A stretch of 64,000 bases of DNA, taken from assembly GCA_900550385.1 (NCBI GenBank), contig URRZ01000001.1, forward strand, positions 15,049 to 79,048. Reading direction: 5' to 3'. Origin of the DNA: an uncultured Coriobacteriaceae bacterium (GTDB taxonomy: Bacteria > Actinomycetota > Coriobacteriia > Coriobacteriales > Eggerthellaceae). The translations under genes and the position numbers were made by a program. A model generated the notes under the pieces. The model was not told where the DNA came from and did not search any database. It worked only from the letters and a program-made list of their open reading frames with translations. This document shows, in pieces, positions 19,949 through 30,066 of this stretch (within the stretch, counting starts at the first letter, position 1; each line of letters starts with the position of its first letter).

Positions 19949-21058
19949 ATGGCTGAAAGCTATCGTATCTGCCTTCTTCCCGGCGACGGCATCGGGCCCG
20001 AGATCATCGCCGAGGGGGTGAAGGTCCTGCAGGCGGCGGGGGAGCGGTTCGGCATCGGCTTCTCCTACGAGGAGGCGCTGATCGGCGGCGCCGCCATAGA
20101 CGCGTGCGGCACGGCGCTGCCCGAGGCGACGCTCGACGCCGCGCTCGGCTGCGACGCGGTGCTGCTCGCGGCGGTGGGCGGCCCGAAATGGGACACGACC
20201 GATCCCGCAAAACCTCGTCCCGAGCAGGGGCTCTTGGGCATACGGAAGCAGCTGGGGCTCTACACCAACCTGCGCCCGGTGCGGATCTTCCCGGCGCTGG
20301 CGGGTGCCTCCACGCTCAAGCCCGAGATCGTCGACGGCGTGGACATGATGATCGTGCGCGAGCTGACGGGCGGCCTGTACTTCGGCCGTCGCGAGCGCGT
20401 GTACGGCGAGCCGGGCTGCGCGGCGGGCGGCGCGCCCGGGCAGCGCGCCTTCGACACCATGGAGTACCGGGAGTACGAGGTCGAGCGCATCGCTCGCCAG
20501 GCGTTCGACGCCGCACGGAAGCGCCGCGGCAAGGTGACGAGCGTCGACAAGGCCAACGTGCTGGAGACCAGCCGCATGTGGCGCGAGGTGGTCCACCGCA
20601 TCGGCGAACGGGATTACCCCGACGTGGAGCTGGAGGACTTGCTGGTGGACAACGCCGCCATGCAGCTGATCAGCCGCCCCGCCGATTTCGACGTCGTCGT
20701 GACCGAGAACATGTTCGGCGACATCCTCTCCGACGAGGCGGCGCAGATCACCGGGTCGCTGGGCATGCTGGCAAGCGCGAGCCTGGGCGACGGCACGGCG
20801 CTGTACGAGCCCAGCCACGGCAGCGCGCCCGACATCGCGGGGCGCGGCATCGCCAACCCGCTGGCGCAGATACTGTCCGTCGAGATGATGCTGCGCTACA
20901 GCTTCGATGCGGCTGAGGCGGCGGATGCGGTGAGGCGTGCGGTCGAGGCCGTGCTCGACGACGGATGGCGGACGGCGGACATCCGCGACGCCTCGACGCC
21001 TGAGGGCCGCGTGGTGGGGACGGCGCGGATGGGCGACTTGGTCATCGAGCGCCTGTAG
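19949..21058 (+). CDS. leuB: 3-isopropylmalate dehydrogenase
   Basis: It has [10 protein letters not shown], a [13 protein letters not shown]-like motif, and [12 protein letters not shown]. Confidence 0.92.
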   Translation: MAESYRICLLPGDGIGPEIIAEGVKVLQAAGERFGIGFSYEEALIGGAAIDACGTALPEATLDAALGCDAVLLAAVGGPKWDTTDPAKPRPEQGLLGIRKQLGLYTNLRPVRIFPALAGASTLKPEIVDGVDMMIVRELTGGLYFGRRERVYGEPGCAAGGAPGQRAFDTMEYREYEVERIARQAFDAARKRRGKVTSVDKANVLETSRMWREVVHRIGERDYPDVELEDLLVDNAAMQLISRPADFDVVVTENMFGDILSDEAAQITGSLGMLASASLGDGTALYEPSHGSAPDIAGRGIANPLAQILSVEMMLRYSFDAAEAADAVRRAVEAVLDDGWRTADIRDASTPEGRVVGTARMGDLVIERL

Positions 21059-21102
21059 GTGTATCCTTGACGGAAAGGCGACGATGCTCGAGGAGGTGCG
21101 CG

Positions 21103-21576
21103 GTGGCCGATCGGACGATCGAAACGGGCGGTGCTGACGGCCGTCCGGCATCGGGCGCCGGCGCATGCCCCGGCCAACCGGCGCGCCGCCCCTGCTGCCG
21201 CAGGCGCGGAGGGGGCGGGGGGGCTTTGGTGGAGCCCGCCGCTTTGGCCGCGCTGCTCTCGGCGGGCGGCTACGGCTACGATATGAGGCGGACCATCCTG
21301 GAGATGTCCGACGGCAAGGTGGACGTGGATACCGGCGGCCTGTACCGCAGCCTGCGCAGGCTCGAGGACGAAGGCGCCGTCGCGTCGCGCTGGGTGGAGG
21401 ACTGCTCCGGTCCGCGTCGACGCGAATACGAGCTCACCGAGACAGGCGTCGCGCTGGCGAGGCAATGGCTTTCGACCCTTCGCGAGCGCAAGCGCCTCGA
21501 CGAACTGCTGGTCGAGCTGCTGGAATCGGGGCTATCGGCCTCGCAGGGAGACGGCGGCGGGCTTTCGGAAGGCTGA
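21103..21576 (+). CDS. PadR-family transcriptional regulator
   Basis: It has the wHTH LLSAGGYGYDMRRTI..GGLYRSLRRLEDEGAV..RREYELTETG. The GTG at 21103 is preceded by GAGGAGG, so the TTG at 21067 in the ORF track is less likely. Confidence 0.7.
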   Translation: MADRTIETGGADGRPASGAGACPGQPARRPCCRRRGGGGGALVEPAALAALLSAGGYGYDMRRTILEMSDGKVDVDTGGLYRSLRRLEDEGAVASRWVEDCSGPRRREYELTETGVALARQWLSTLRERKRLDELLVELLESGLSASQGDGGGLSEG

Positions 21577-21630
21577 CCGGCCGGCATGCCCCCAATCGAT
21601 CCGAATCCGATCCGCGCGAAGGAGGCGCCG

Positions 21631-24594
21631 ATGGACAGCCATGCCGCCGGCGACGGCGTCTACCGCATAGCCGGGATGCGCGGCCGCATATTCGGCTCGA
21701 GTCGCGTCCTGTCCGATGCCGTCCCGGGGCTGCCCGACGCCCCCGCCCCCTTCCCTTCGGCGTTGCACGGGGCGGAACCCGCCGGCCCGCTTCATCCCTC
21801 CAGCAAAAACGGGGCCGTCCGGGACCTGTCCGCGATGATATCCCTCCTCGAATCCGCCATCTCCGCAGCTGCGGGCAGCGAGGCGCCGCCGGCAGCCGAC
21901 GGCTCGGAGCTCCGCGATTCGCCGGAGCGGTCGTACGGGTGGGTGTGCCGGTCGTTGCCGGCCCCCGATCCCGTGGGGCGCTACGTCGTCGAGTTCATCG
22001 GGGAGCGGAAGGTGCGCATACTGGCGTATGTCGACGGATTCGGCCGTGCGTTCTCTACCGATGAGCCGCTGGATGCGCCGCCCGCGCGCGAGCCCGACTT
22101 GCAGTTCGCGCGGTTCGACGATCAGCCCGAACGCGGGGTTTTGAACGGCTGCGTCGAGGCGAAGGCCGCAGACGGGCGGTGGTTCGAGGCGGCGCTGTTC
22201 CGGCGCGAGGGCGGCCGCTACGCCCTTCGCGACACCTGGTTCGACTTCGGGGGCAACGGTGAGGGGCTGTCCTATCCGGATGCCATGGCGCGCTGCTACC
22301 TGGCGTTCGTGCACCGGCCGTCGCTGGGGGCCCCGGAGGTCCCGGCGCGGGGGTTCGGCGGCATCGAGGAGCTGTTCGACCGCCTTCCGGCGCTGGCCGC
22401 CCTGCGCAAGGCGCGAAGCGATATCATGCGGGCGCATTGGGACCCCGCGCTGAAGCCCCCCGTGCTGGCGTTCGCGCTGGCGCGCTGGCTGGAGGATGCG
22501 GGGCTGGACTCGCTCGCGTTGGCGCCTGCGGATGCGCTGCGCCTGGTGCGGACGGCCCGTTACGCCGACATCTACTATCTCGGCACGAACGAGGCGGGCA
22601 AGGGGCTGCCGGTGGGCTGCGTGTGGGCGCTGCAGAATGCGCTGAACCGCTTCCTGCTGGTGAAGGAGGAGCTGGGCGAGAGGGCCTCGATCGCCGATGA
22701 GGCGGAGGTCCTCGCCTGCGATCAGGGGATCGTCGAGACGTTCGCGCAGCGCCCCGTCGAGGAATGCCTCCACGCCGTCGACGACGACGGCTCCGCCGAT
22801 GGGGCGGATGCCGAGCGCGGCCCCGACCCGGCGGTTCGAGGCGAATGGGACCTGCGCTGCGCGCTCGCCCGCGAGGCCGAGCTGCTTCGCGCCCCGCTTC
22901 GCTTCGAGGTGGCGTTCCGCGCCGATGTCGAAGCGGGCATCGTGGGGATGCGCGCGCTCGTGCCCGGCGTGTCCATGATGCCATCGCGGTTTTGGGACGA
23001 GTCCTCCTGCGATATCGGCGAGGCGACCGAGTCCGACCGCAACGATCAGGCGGTGCGCTATGCCGAGCATCTGGCGATCCTGTTCGCCGCGAAGGCGTTT
23101 GCGGCAAGCCCCCGCGTCGAGCGCTTCGAGTTCGCCGCCTACGCGATCGCGGACAGCGTGTCGGCGGGCGGGGCGGAGCAGATCCTGTCGGCGTTCGGGG
23201 AGGGCGGCTCCGATGGGCACGAAGACGGCGAGCCCCCGGTCCTCCCGGACCTGTTCGTCGCGTTCGGCAGGGAAGGGTTCTTCGAGGGCGCGGAAGCCGC
23301 CGCTGCCGGCGAGCCCTACGGGTTCGCATCGTCGTTCGGCGCCGCGTTTGCCAGCAACGCCTCCGACCCGGTTTCGTTCGCATCCTCGGACCCGTTCCGC
23401 TCGCTGGCATCGCTGCCGTCCGCCCGCCATCGCGCCGATTCGCCCGAATGCCGCGACGCCGAGCTTCCTCCGGCGGCCCAAGCGGTGCTGGGCGCGCGCT
23501 GGATGCACGATCTGCGCATCGACTCCGACGCCCTCCACCGCCGCCTGGCCGAGCGCTTGGCGAACCGCCTGTCGCGCACGAAGAGCGCGACGGACGCCAT
23601 CCACGTCGTCATGCGCCAGCGGGATCGCGCCGACGATCCCTTCGTCGACCGCGCCTGCGCCCGCCTGATGGCGGCTTTGGCGGAAGGGGCGGCGGATCCG
23701 AGCGACCAGAACACCGTGGTGGACAGCTTCATGGGCGACGACCCCTGCCGCGACGCCATCCGCCGCGCCCAGGCGCTGGTGGGGGCGGGCGATGCCGATG
23801 GCGCCGCGCACATCCTCTCGGAGGCGGCATGGGAGGCGGAAGGCGGCGGCCGCTACGCCGACGACGCCGAGGTGGTCCATCGCGGCTTCGACGGCTACGT
23901 TTCGCGCGTTCTGTACAACTTGGCGCGCTCCGGATCCCTCCCTCGCTTCGGCGGATTCGCGCAAGCGGATCGCGACAGGTTGGTCGAGCTGGTGCCCGGC
24001 ACGCTGGTCAGCTGCCATCTGGAGGCGGTCAAGCTGCTGGAGCGCTCGTTCTCGGGCATGGATTCGGCGCTTGCCCACGCCCGGCGCGCGGTTGAGCTGG
24101 CGCCCGCCTCGCCGACCCCGCGCTGCCTCCTCGCGCGCGTCTACATGCTCATGGGGGACATGGCAAGCGCGACGGCTTCGCTGGAGAAGGCGCTTTCGTT
24201 GGCGACCCAGTCCTCCGACATCGCCGTGGCGTACTACCAGCTTGCTTACACCCGCTGGAAGGCGGGGGATGCCCGCGCGGGCGCCGCCTGCTACGCGAAG
24301 TCGATGATGACCGCGCCCATCATGGCGGCGCAGGCGGCGGTGGAGCTTCAGGACCTCCTCGGCGAGGAGGGGCTCGGCCTGCCCCGCGGCCCGGACGTCG
24401 ACGGCGAGCTGGAGCGCCTGGGGGTGCCGCTCGCCCCCGACCCCGATGTGCTCGATGCGCTGCAGGTGGCCGCCGCCGGCGCGGTGGACGCGGACCTGTT
24501 CCCGGTCGCGCGCTCCCTTTTGGCGACGTGCCTGCATTACCGCCCCGACGATGCCTTGATGGGGGTCCTGCGATCGCTCGATGCCCTTGCGTGA
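21631..24594 (+). CDS. Large (about 987 aa) acidic protein of unknown function with a TPR-like C-terminus
   Basis: The + frame has a balanced, acidic composition and a strong AAGGAGG site 5 nt before the ATG at 21631. The C-terminal helical repeats look TPR-like (ARVYMLMGDMASATASLEKAL..YYQLAYTRWKAGD). The mirror ORF on the - strand is Arg/Gly/His-rich. Confidence 0.6.
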   Translation: MDSHAAGDGVYRIAGMRGRIFGSSRVLSDAVPGLPDAPAPFPSALHGAEPAGPLHPSSKNGAVRDLSAMISLLESAISAAAGSEAPPAADGSELRDSPERSYGWVCRSLPAPDPVGRYVVEFIGERKVRILAYVDGFGRAFSTDEPLDAPPAREPDLQFARFDDQPERGVLNGCVEAKAADGRWFEAALFRREGGRYALRDTWFDFGGNGEGLSYPDAMARCYLAFVHRPSLGAPEVPARGFGGIEELFDRLPALAALRKARSDIMRAHWDPALKPPVLAFALARWLEDAGLDSLALAPADALRLVRTARYADIYYLGTNEAGKGLPVGCVWALQNALNRFLLVKEELGERASIADEAEVLACDQGIVETFAQRPVEECLHAVDDDGSADGADAERGPDPAVRGEWDLRCALAREAELLRAPLRFEVAFRADVEAGIVGMRALVPGVSMMPSRFWDESSCDIGEATESDRNDQAVRYAEHLAILFAAKAFAASPRVERFEFAAYAIADSVSAGGAEQILSAFGEGGSDGHEDGEPPVLPDLFVAFGREGFFEGAEAAAAGEPYGFASSFGAAFASNASDPVSFASSDPFRSLASLPSARHRADSPECRDAELPPAAQAVLGARWMHDLRIDSDALHRRLAERLANRLSRTKSATDAIHVVMRQRDRADDPFVDRACARLMAALAEGAADPSDQNTVVDSFMGDDPCRDAIRRAQALVGAGDADGAAHILSEAAWEAEGGGRYADDAEVVHRGFDGYVSRVLYNLARSGSLPRFGGFAQADRDRLVELVPGTLVSCHLEAVKLLERSFSGMDSALAHARRAVELAPASPTPRCLLARVYMLMGDMASATASLEKALSLATQSSDIAVAYYQLAYTRWKAGDARAGAACYAKSMMTAPIMAAQAAVELQDLLGEEGLGLPRGPDVDGELERLGVPLAPDPDVLDALQVAAAGAVDADLFPVARSLLATCLHYRPDDALMGVLRSLDALA

Positions 24595-24690
24595 GCATCT
24601 TGCGAGCGGGCGCCCTCCGGCTTCGATCGTGCGCTACAATGGCACGGTTCGAACGGCGCCGATCGGCGCAGGGCATTACGGAGGACACGC

Positions 24691-26070
24691 ATGGCGATAC
24701 GAGCACCCAAGGGCACGCAGGACATCCTGCCCGACGAGCTGCGCTTCTGGACGCGGTTCAAGCAGACGGCGGCATCCATCTTCGGGAGGTACGGCTACCA
24801 GCCCATCGAGACCCCCCTCATCGAGCAGACCGACCTGTTCGTGCGCGGCATCGGCGAGGCGACCGACGTGGTGTCCAAGGAGATGTTCACGGCGATTTCC
24901 GGCGACAACCTGAAGAAGCTTTTGGGCGGCGGGTCGCTCGAGGCGAAAAGCCGCCTGAGCCTGCGGCCCGAAGGCACCGCCGGCGTCGTGCGCGCCGTCG
25001 TGCAGCACGATCTGGTCCCGCAGGGCGCCGCCCCGGCGAAGCTCATGTACGCGGGCCCGATGTTCCGCGCGGAAAACGTCCAGAAGGGCCGCCAGCGCCA
25101 GTTCAATCAGGTCGGCGTGGAGTGCTTGGGCGCCGAGGACCCCACGGTGGATGCCGAGGGGATCATCATGACCATGCGCTTCTTCGATGCGGTGGGCATC
25201 CCCTCTTCCTCGATCCGCCTGCTTCTGAACTCCATGGGCTGCGCCGAGTGCCGTCCCGCCTATCGCGACGTGGTGAAGGCGTACATGGACGAGCATGCCG
25301 ACGAGCTGTGCGACGATTGCAAGCGACGCGCCGAGACGAACCCGCTGCGCGCGTTCGATTGCAAGAAGGAGGCGTGCTCGGCCGTCATGGACGGCGCGCC
25401 GAAGATCGCCGATTACCTGTGCGACGATTGCCGCGAGCATTACGAGACCGTGAAGCGCCTGGTGGAGGCTGCGGGCATTTCCTTCATCGAGGACCCGCGC
25501 TTGGTGCGCGGCCTCGACTACTACACGCGCACCGTGTTCGAGGTCCAGGTGACCGACGGCATGGGCAGCCAGAACGCCATCGGCGGCGGCGGACGCTACG
25601 ACAAGCTGGCCGAGGAGGTGGGCGGGCGCCCGACTCCCGGGTTCGGCTTCGCCTTGGGCTACGAGCGCTGCCTTCTGGCGCTGCAGGCGGCGGGGATGGA
25701 GCTCCCCGGGCGCCCGCCTTGCGACATATTCGTGGCGTGCGTCGACGATTCCGTTCGCGAGATGGCGTTCCGCATTGCCCAGGCGGCGCGCGACGCCGGC
25801 CTGACCGCCGAGGTGGACCATCAGCGCCGGAGCCTGAAGAGCCAGTTCAAGCTCGCCGACAAGCTGGACGCCGTGCTGGTGTTCGTGCTGGGGCCCGAAG
25901 AGCTTGCCGCCGGTTCGGTGAAGGTCCGCAACATGCAGACGCATCGCGAGAGGACCATCGAGCTTTCCGTCCTGCGCTCCATCATCAGGGCGTTTCTGGA
26001 CACGCCCGCAGACGCGGGGAACGCAGCCGCCTCGGCAGCCGCCCTGGGGGAGCTGCTCGATCGCGAGTAG
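24691..26070 (+). CDS. hisS: Histidine--tRNA ligase
   Basis: It has the N-terminus APKGTQDILP, class II motifs (MFRAENVQKGRQRQFNQ, GGGRYD), and an anticodon-binding C-terminus. Confidence 0.93.
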   Translation: MAIRAPKGTQDILPDELRFWTRFKQTAASIFGRYGYQPIETPLIEQTDLFVRGIGEATDVVSKEMFTAISGDNLKKLLGGGSLEAKSRLSLRPEGTAGVVRAVVQHDLVPQGAAPAKLMYAGPMFRAENVQKGRQRQFNQVGVECLGAEDPTVDAEGIIMTMRFFDAVGIPSSSIRLLLNSMGCAECRPAYRDVVKAYMDEHADELCDDCKRRAETNPLRAFDCKKEACSAVMDGAPKIADYLCDDCREHYETVKRLVEAAGISFIEDPRLVRGLDYYTRTVFEVQVTDGMGSQNAIGGGGRYDKLAEEVGGRPTPGFGFALGYERCLLALQAAGMELPGRPPCDIFVACVDDSVREMAFRIAQAARDAGLTAEVDHQRRSLKSQFKLADKLDAVLVFVLGPEELAAGSVKVRNMQTHRERTIELSVLRSIIRAFLDTPADAGNAAASAAALGELLDRE

Positions 26071-26250
26071 CTCCCCGCCCCGTGCGGCGGCGCGGGGCGC
26101 GGAAACGGGCTCCGGGCGGCTCCGGCCGACGCTGGCGGCGCGATTCGCGCTGCTTGTGGGTCTTGCCTGGATATTACGCCGGTCGCCTGCGCGCCTGTAG
26201 TAAACTGATCCGGTTTGAACAACCGTTGGATTTGCAAGGACTTAACCATC

Positions 26251-28029
26251 ATGACCGACTTCATGAACGAATACTGCATGCACACCGCCACGTGCGGCGA
26301 GCTGCGCCGCGAGGACATCGACCGCGAGGTGGTGCTGGCCGGTTGGGCGTGGCACACGCGCGACCACGGCGGCCTGATCTTCATCGACCTGCGCGACCGT
26401 GACGGCTACACCCAGGTGGTCGTCGACCCCGATTGCGTCACGCCCGAGGAGTTCGCCGAGGCGGAGCATCTGGGCCGCGAGTACGTGATCAAGGCGGCCG
26501 GCCGCGTGCGCTACCGCGGCGACGAGGGCGTGAACCCCAACATGGCCACCGGCGAGATCGAGGTGCTGTGCACGTCGCTTGAGGTGCTGAACACGTCGGT
26601 CACCCCGCCGTTCTCCATCGAGGACGGCATCGGCACGGACGAGACCATGCGCATGAAGTGGCGCTACCTGGACATCCGCCGCCCCGAGATGATGGCCAAC
26701 CTGATGCTGCGCCACAAGGTCGCCCAGGCGATGCGCGGCGCGCTGAACGAGCGCGGCTTCATGGAGGTGGAGACGCCCATCCTGGCCAACTCCACGCCCG
26801 AGGGCGCGCGCGACTACATCGTTCCCAGCCGCACCAACCCCGGCAAGTTCTTCGCGCTTCCGCAGAGCCCCCAGCAGTTCAAACAGATGCTGATGTGCGC
26901 TGGCGTCGAGCGCTACTACCAGATCGCCCGTTGCTTCCGCGACGAGGACCTGCGCGCCGACCGCCAGCCCGAGTTCACGCAGGTGGACATCGAGATGTCG
27001 TTCGTCGAGGGCGAGGACGTCATGGACATGATGGAAGGCGTCATGTCCGAGGTGCTGGCTGCCGTGGGCGTGGAGCATCAGTTCCCGCTTCTGCGCATGC
27101 CCTACGCCGAGGCCATGGAGCGCTTCGGCTGCGACCGCCCCGACATCCGCTTCGGCATGGAGCTGGTCAACCTGACCGAGATCGTGCGCGGGTGCGGCTT
27201 CGGCGTGTTCGCGAAGGCCGTCGAGGCGGGCGGCGTGGTCAAGGCCATCAACGTCAAGGGCGCCGGCGACTGGAGCCGCGGCGAGATCGACAAGCTGGGC
27301 GACATCGCCTCCGCCAACGGCGCCAAGGGCATGGCCTGGATCGCCTACACCACCGACGGCAAGGAGAAGAGCCCCATCATCAAGTTCTTCGACGAGGAGA
27401 CCTACGCCAAGATGAAGGAGGCCCTGGGCGTCGAGCCGGGCGACCTGGTGCTGTTCGCCGCCGACAAGGCGAAGGTGGCCAACACCGTGCTGGCCGCGTT
27501 GCGCCTGCACATGGCCGACGCGATGGACATCCCGCGCGAGGGCCATGCGCTGCTGTGGGTCGTCGACTTCCCGATGTTCCACTACGACGAAGACGAGAAG
27601 AAGCTCTCCGCCGAGCACCATCCGTTCACGATGCCGGCCAAGGAGGATCTGGACAAGCTGGAAAGCGACCCGCTGACCGTGGGCAGCTACAGCTACGACC
27701 TGGTCATGGACGGCTTCGAGGTGGGCGGCGGCACGATCCGCATCCACAACGCCGACCTGCAGCGCCGCGTGCTGCGCTGCTGCGGCCTGGACGACGAGCA
27801 GATCGAGGAGAAGTTCGGCCATCTGATCCATGCTCTCGAGCTGGGCGCGCCCCCGCACGGCGGCATCGCGCTGGGTCTCGACCGCCTGGTGATGCTGCTG
27901 GCCGGCGCGGATTCCATCCGCGACGTCATCGCGTTCCCCAAGACCAGCTCCGCCAGCGACCCGATGACGGGCGCCCCGTCCGAAGTCACCGGCCGCCAAC
28001 TCAAGGATGTGTCCCTGCGCCTGTTGTAG
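26251..28029 (+). CDS. aspS: Aspartate--tRNA ligase
   Basis: It has an OB-fold N-terminus, the motifs [18 protein letters not shown] and GGGTIRIH, and [12 protein letters not shown]. Confidence 0.93.
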   Translation: MTDFMNEYCMHTATCGELRREDIDREVVLAGWAWHTRDHGGLIFIDLRDRDGYTQVVVDPDCVTPEEFAEAEHLGREYVIKAAGRVRYRGDEGVNPNMATGEIEVLCTSLEVLNTSVTPPFSIEDGIGTDETMRMKWRYLDIRRPEMMANLMLRHKVAQAMRGALNERGFMEVETPILANSTPEGARDYIVPSRTNPGKFFALPQSPQQFKQMLMCAGVERYYQIARCFRDEDLRADRQPEFTQVDIEMSFVEGEDVMDMMEGVMSEVLAAVGVEHQFPLLRMPYAEAMERFGCDRPDIRFGMELVNLTEIVRGCGFGVFAKAVEAGGVVKAINVKGAGDWSRGEIDKLGDIASANGAKGMAWIAYTTDGKEKSPIIKFFDEETYAKMKEALGVEPGDLVLFAADKAKVANTVLAALRLHMADAMDIPREGHALLWVVDFPMFHYDEDEKKLSAEHHPFTMPAKEDLDKLESDPLTVGSYSYDLVMDGFEVGGGTIRIHNADLQRRVLRCCGLDDEQIEEKFGHLIHALELGAPPHGGIALGLDRLVMLLAGADSIRDVIAFPKTSSASDPMTGAPSEVTGRQLKDVSLRLL

Positions 28030-28062
28030 GCCGGCGAACGCGACATCCCGCATCCGAAGTGG

Positions 28063-28098
28063 CGCCCTGCGAGCCAAGATGGCTTGCAGGGCGTTTTT
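28063..28098 (+). terminator. Rho-independent terminator of aspS
   Basis: A 14-bp stem, CGCCCTGCGAGCCA-aga-TGGCTTGCAGGGCG (one G-T pair), is followed by TTTTT. Confidence 0.75.
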
Positions 28099-28167
28099 CG
28101 TTTCCCTCAGTCCAAGTCCCAGCCCAAGTCTAGGCATAAGCTTCAATTCTTCTGCTGCGCGGGCGGA

Positions 28168-28227
28168 ATCGTGCACGTCGAAAGCGATTTGCCAGCTCGA
28201 TGCGAATTATCTCCGTCATGCACGGTC
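28168..28227. repeat. Fixed-geometry inverted repeat, copy 0 (CGTGCAc-N41-ATGCACG)
   Basis: The heptamers lie at 28170-28176 and 28218-28224, giving a 55-nt span identical to the other copies. Confidence 0.6.
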
Positions 28228-28312
28228 ATCCGTCGTCCATGCCGCCTCTCGATTGGGATGGGCCTGCATAGGGCCTGCTCATAGGTTCGAAGCTTGTACC
28301 AAGAGAAAAGAT

Positions 28313-28373
28313 GACCGTGCATGCTGCGAGAAACTTTCAAGCACGTGGCTACTTTTAATCAGCATGCACGGTC
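28313..28373. repeat. Fixed-geometry inverted repeat, copy 1
   Basis: It has perfect 14-bp arms, GACCGTGCATGCTG and CAGCATGCACGGTC. The CGTGCAT/ATGCACG span is 28316-28370, which is 55 nt. Confidence 0.8.
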
Positions 28374-28655
28374 GCTTGCCATCTGGATGATAGGGATCCT
28401 GATTCGACGCGCTGATACCGGGAAAGCTGCGATTCGATGTTTCGACGAAAGCTGAAACCACCCTTTTCGCTGCCGACTGGATGAAAGCGCCCTTGGGCGG
28501 AGGGTGCTCGGAGCGATGGGCAGTTGAGGCGGACAGCGCGGGTCGAACATGTTGGCTCAGTGTTGGAAAGAGGTTGGATTTCAAGGTGGTCCGGATGGAA
28601 AAACCGATGATGCGCCAACGTCCCGCGCGTGAGATGGGGGAGGTAAGGTTCCCCT

Positions 28656-29839
28656 ATGGAAGCGCCATTGTCCCACATATCCGCCGCGCGTTACTGGCTT
28701 GCCTACGGTTTGCAGGGCATTCCTCGCGTGGTCGCGCGGGTTCCCCTGCCGCTATCTGCCGCTTCGCGCTCGCCGATGCTGGATGGCGCCGGCGGTCGAG
28801 GCAAGGCTTTCCCTGCGTGCTCTCTCGAAGGATTCGAAGCTCCTTCGGAAAGCGCAATCGAGTTTTACGAGTCGCTCGGGTTCTTGGGAGGAAGGCTGCA
28901 TTTTGCAGTGAACGATCCGGATGAACGGCGGACGCGTCGCGGGATCATCGTGCACTCGTTTCGGAAGGGCTTTCCTGACGGTTCCGTCCTCCGTTTGTCG
29001 AATGGCGCGACGATCTGCTCTCCGGAGCTGACGTTCGTGCAAATGGGATCCGCCCTGCCGCCCGTTCGCCTTGCGTGCTTCGGGATGTGCTTGTGCGGCA
29101 TATTCGCCGTCGACCCATCGACGGAAAGCGCCTCCGATCGAGGCGCGCTCGAGGGCGTCTCCCATCGCTTGCCTCGGCGGGACGCTCTTGCGGAGAAAGC
29201 GCGGATCGCCTCTTTCGTCGAATCCCATAGGTGCTTGGTGGGTAGCGGAAATGCGAGAAAAGCGTTGCGCCTTATGGTGGAGAGAAGCCGCTCCCCCATG
29301 GAGAGCGCTACCGCGTTGATGCTCGCTGCTCCAGCGAGCATGGGCGGCTATGCACTTCCATGCCATCGTTGAACTGCCGGATCGACCTCCCTGCATGGCT
29401 TCACGGAGGCGTTGGGTCCTGCGGAAGGAACAGTTTCGGCTCGAAGCCTTATGCGGAATGCGATTTCCTATTCTCCCATGGGGGCAGGACGCTGCTTGCC
29501 GACTACCATGGCGGGTGGGCCCATAGCGGCGAGGGGAACGTCCATCACGATTCGCTCAGGGCGAATGCTTTCGAAAGCCTCGGCTACCCCTATTTCGTCA
29601 TCACCAAGCAGCAGGTGTTCGATCTTGTTTTGCTCGACAAACTGGTGGATCAGATCAGAGCGGCTTTGAAGATTCGTTTCAGGACGACGGTAAAGGATTA
29701 CGATCGCAAGAAAAAGGCCTTGCACGATCAGCTTATCGACGTGATGGGGCGCGATCTTTACGATGTGCTTGGAAGCCCCGATGGAAGAACGCAGCGAAGC
29801 GATTTGAGCGAGCCGTCCGACGCTTTGCATCGTGCATAG
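28656..29839 (+). pseudogene. Two-domain gene split by a frameshift. The N-terminal part is uncharacterised and the C-terminal part is a DUF559/Vsr-like endonuclease fold.
   Basis: ORF 28656..29372 ends ..MGGYALPCHR*. ORF 29360..29839 is in another frame, overlaps it by 13 nt and continues PSLNCRIDL.. The C-terminal part has the pattern CDFLF..LLADYHGGWAH..D..R.N.L..LGYPYFVIT. Confidence 0.5.
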
Positions 29840-29888
29840 CGTCGGTTTCTCGCGATGAGGTTCGGAAAAAGAGTCGCCATGCACGGTC
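29829..29888. repeat. Fixed-geometry inverted repeat, copy 2 (overlaps the stop codon of the frameshifted gene)
   Basis: CGTGCAT lies at 29831-29837 and ATGCACG at 29879-29885, a 55-nt span. Confidence 0.7.
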
Positions 29889-29974
29889 AACCTGTTGATT
29901 TCAGGGCCGGGCGCCTGCTTACGTCTGGAAAGCACCTGATGGGAAAAGGTTTCGTGCATGCCATCAATAATAGG

Positions 29975-30034
29975 ACCGTGCATTTCGGGGATTATCCGCA
30001 TCGTTGCGGCGAATCCGTTTCGAAATGCACGATC
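29975..30034. repeat. Fixed-geometry inverted repeat, copy 3
   Basis: The arms are ACCGTGCATTTCGGG and TTTCGAAATGCACGAT. The heptamer span is 29977-30031, which is 55 nt. Confidence 0.8.
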
Positions 30035-30066
30035 CGGGGGTGCGTCTGGCGCCGGCATGCGCTCGG

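Noticed and set aside
21532-24537. A 1001-aa - strand ORF mirroring the + strand ORF 21586..24594
   Set aside because: Only one strand can be coding. The - strand product is extremely Arg/Gly/His/Ala-rich (MQARRQKGARDREQVRVHRAGGGH..). The + strand product has a balanced acidic composition, a strong Shine-Dalgarno site, TPR-like repeats, and co-orientation with the PadR gene.
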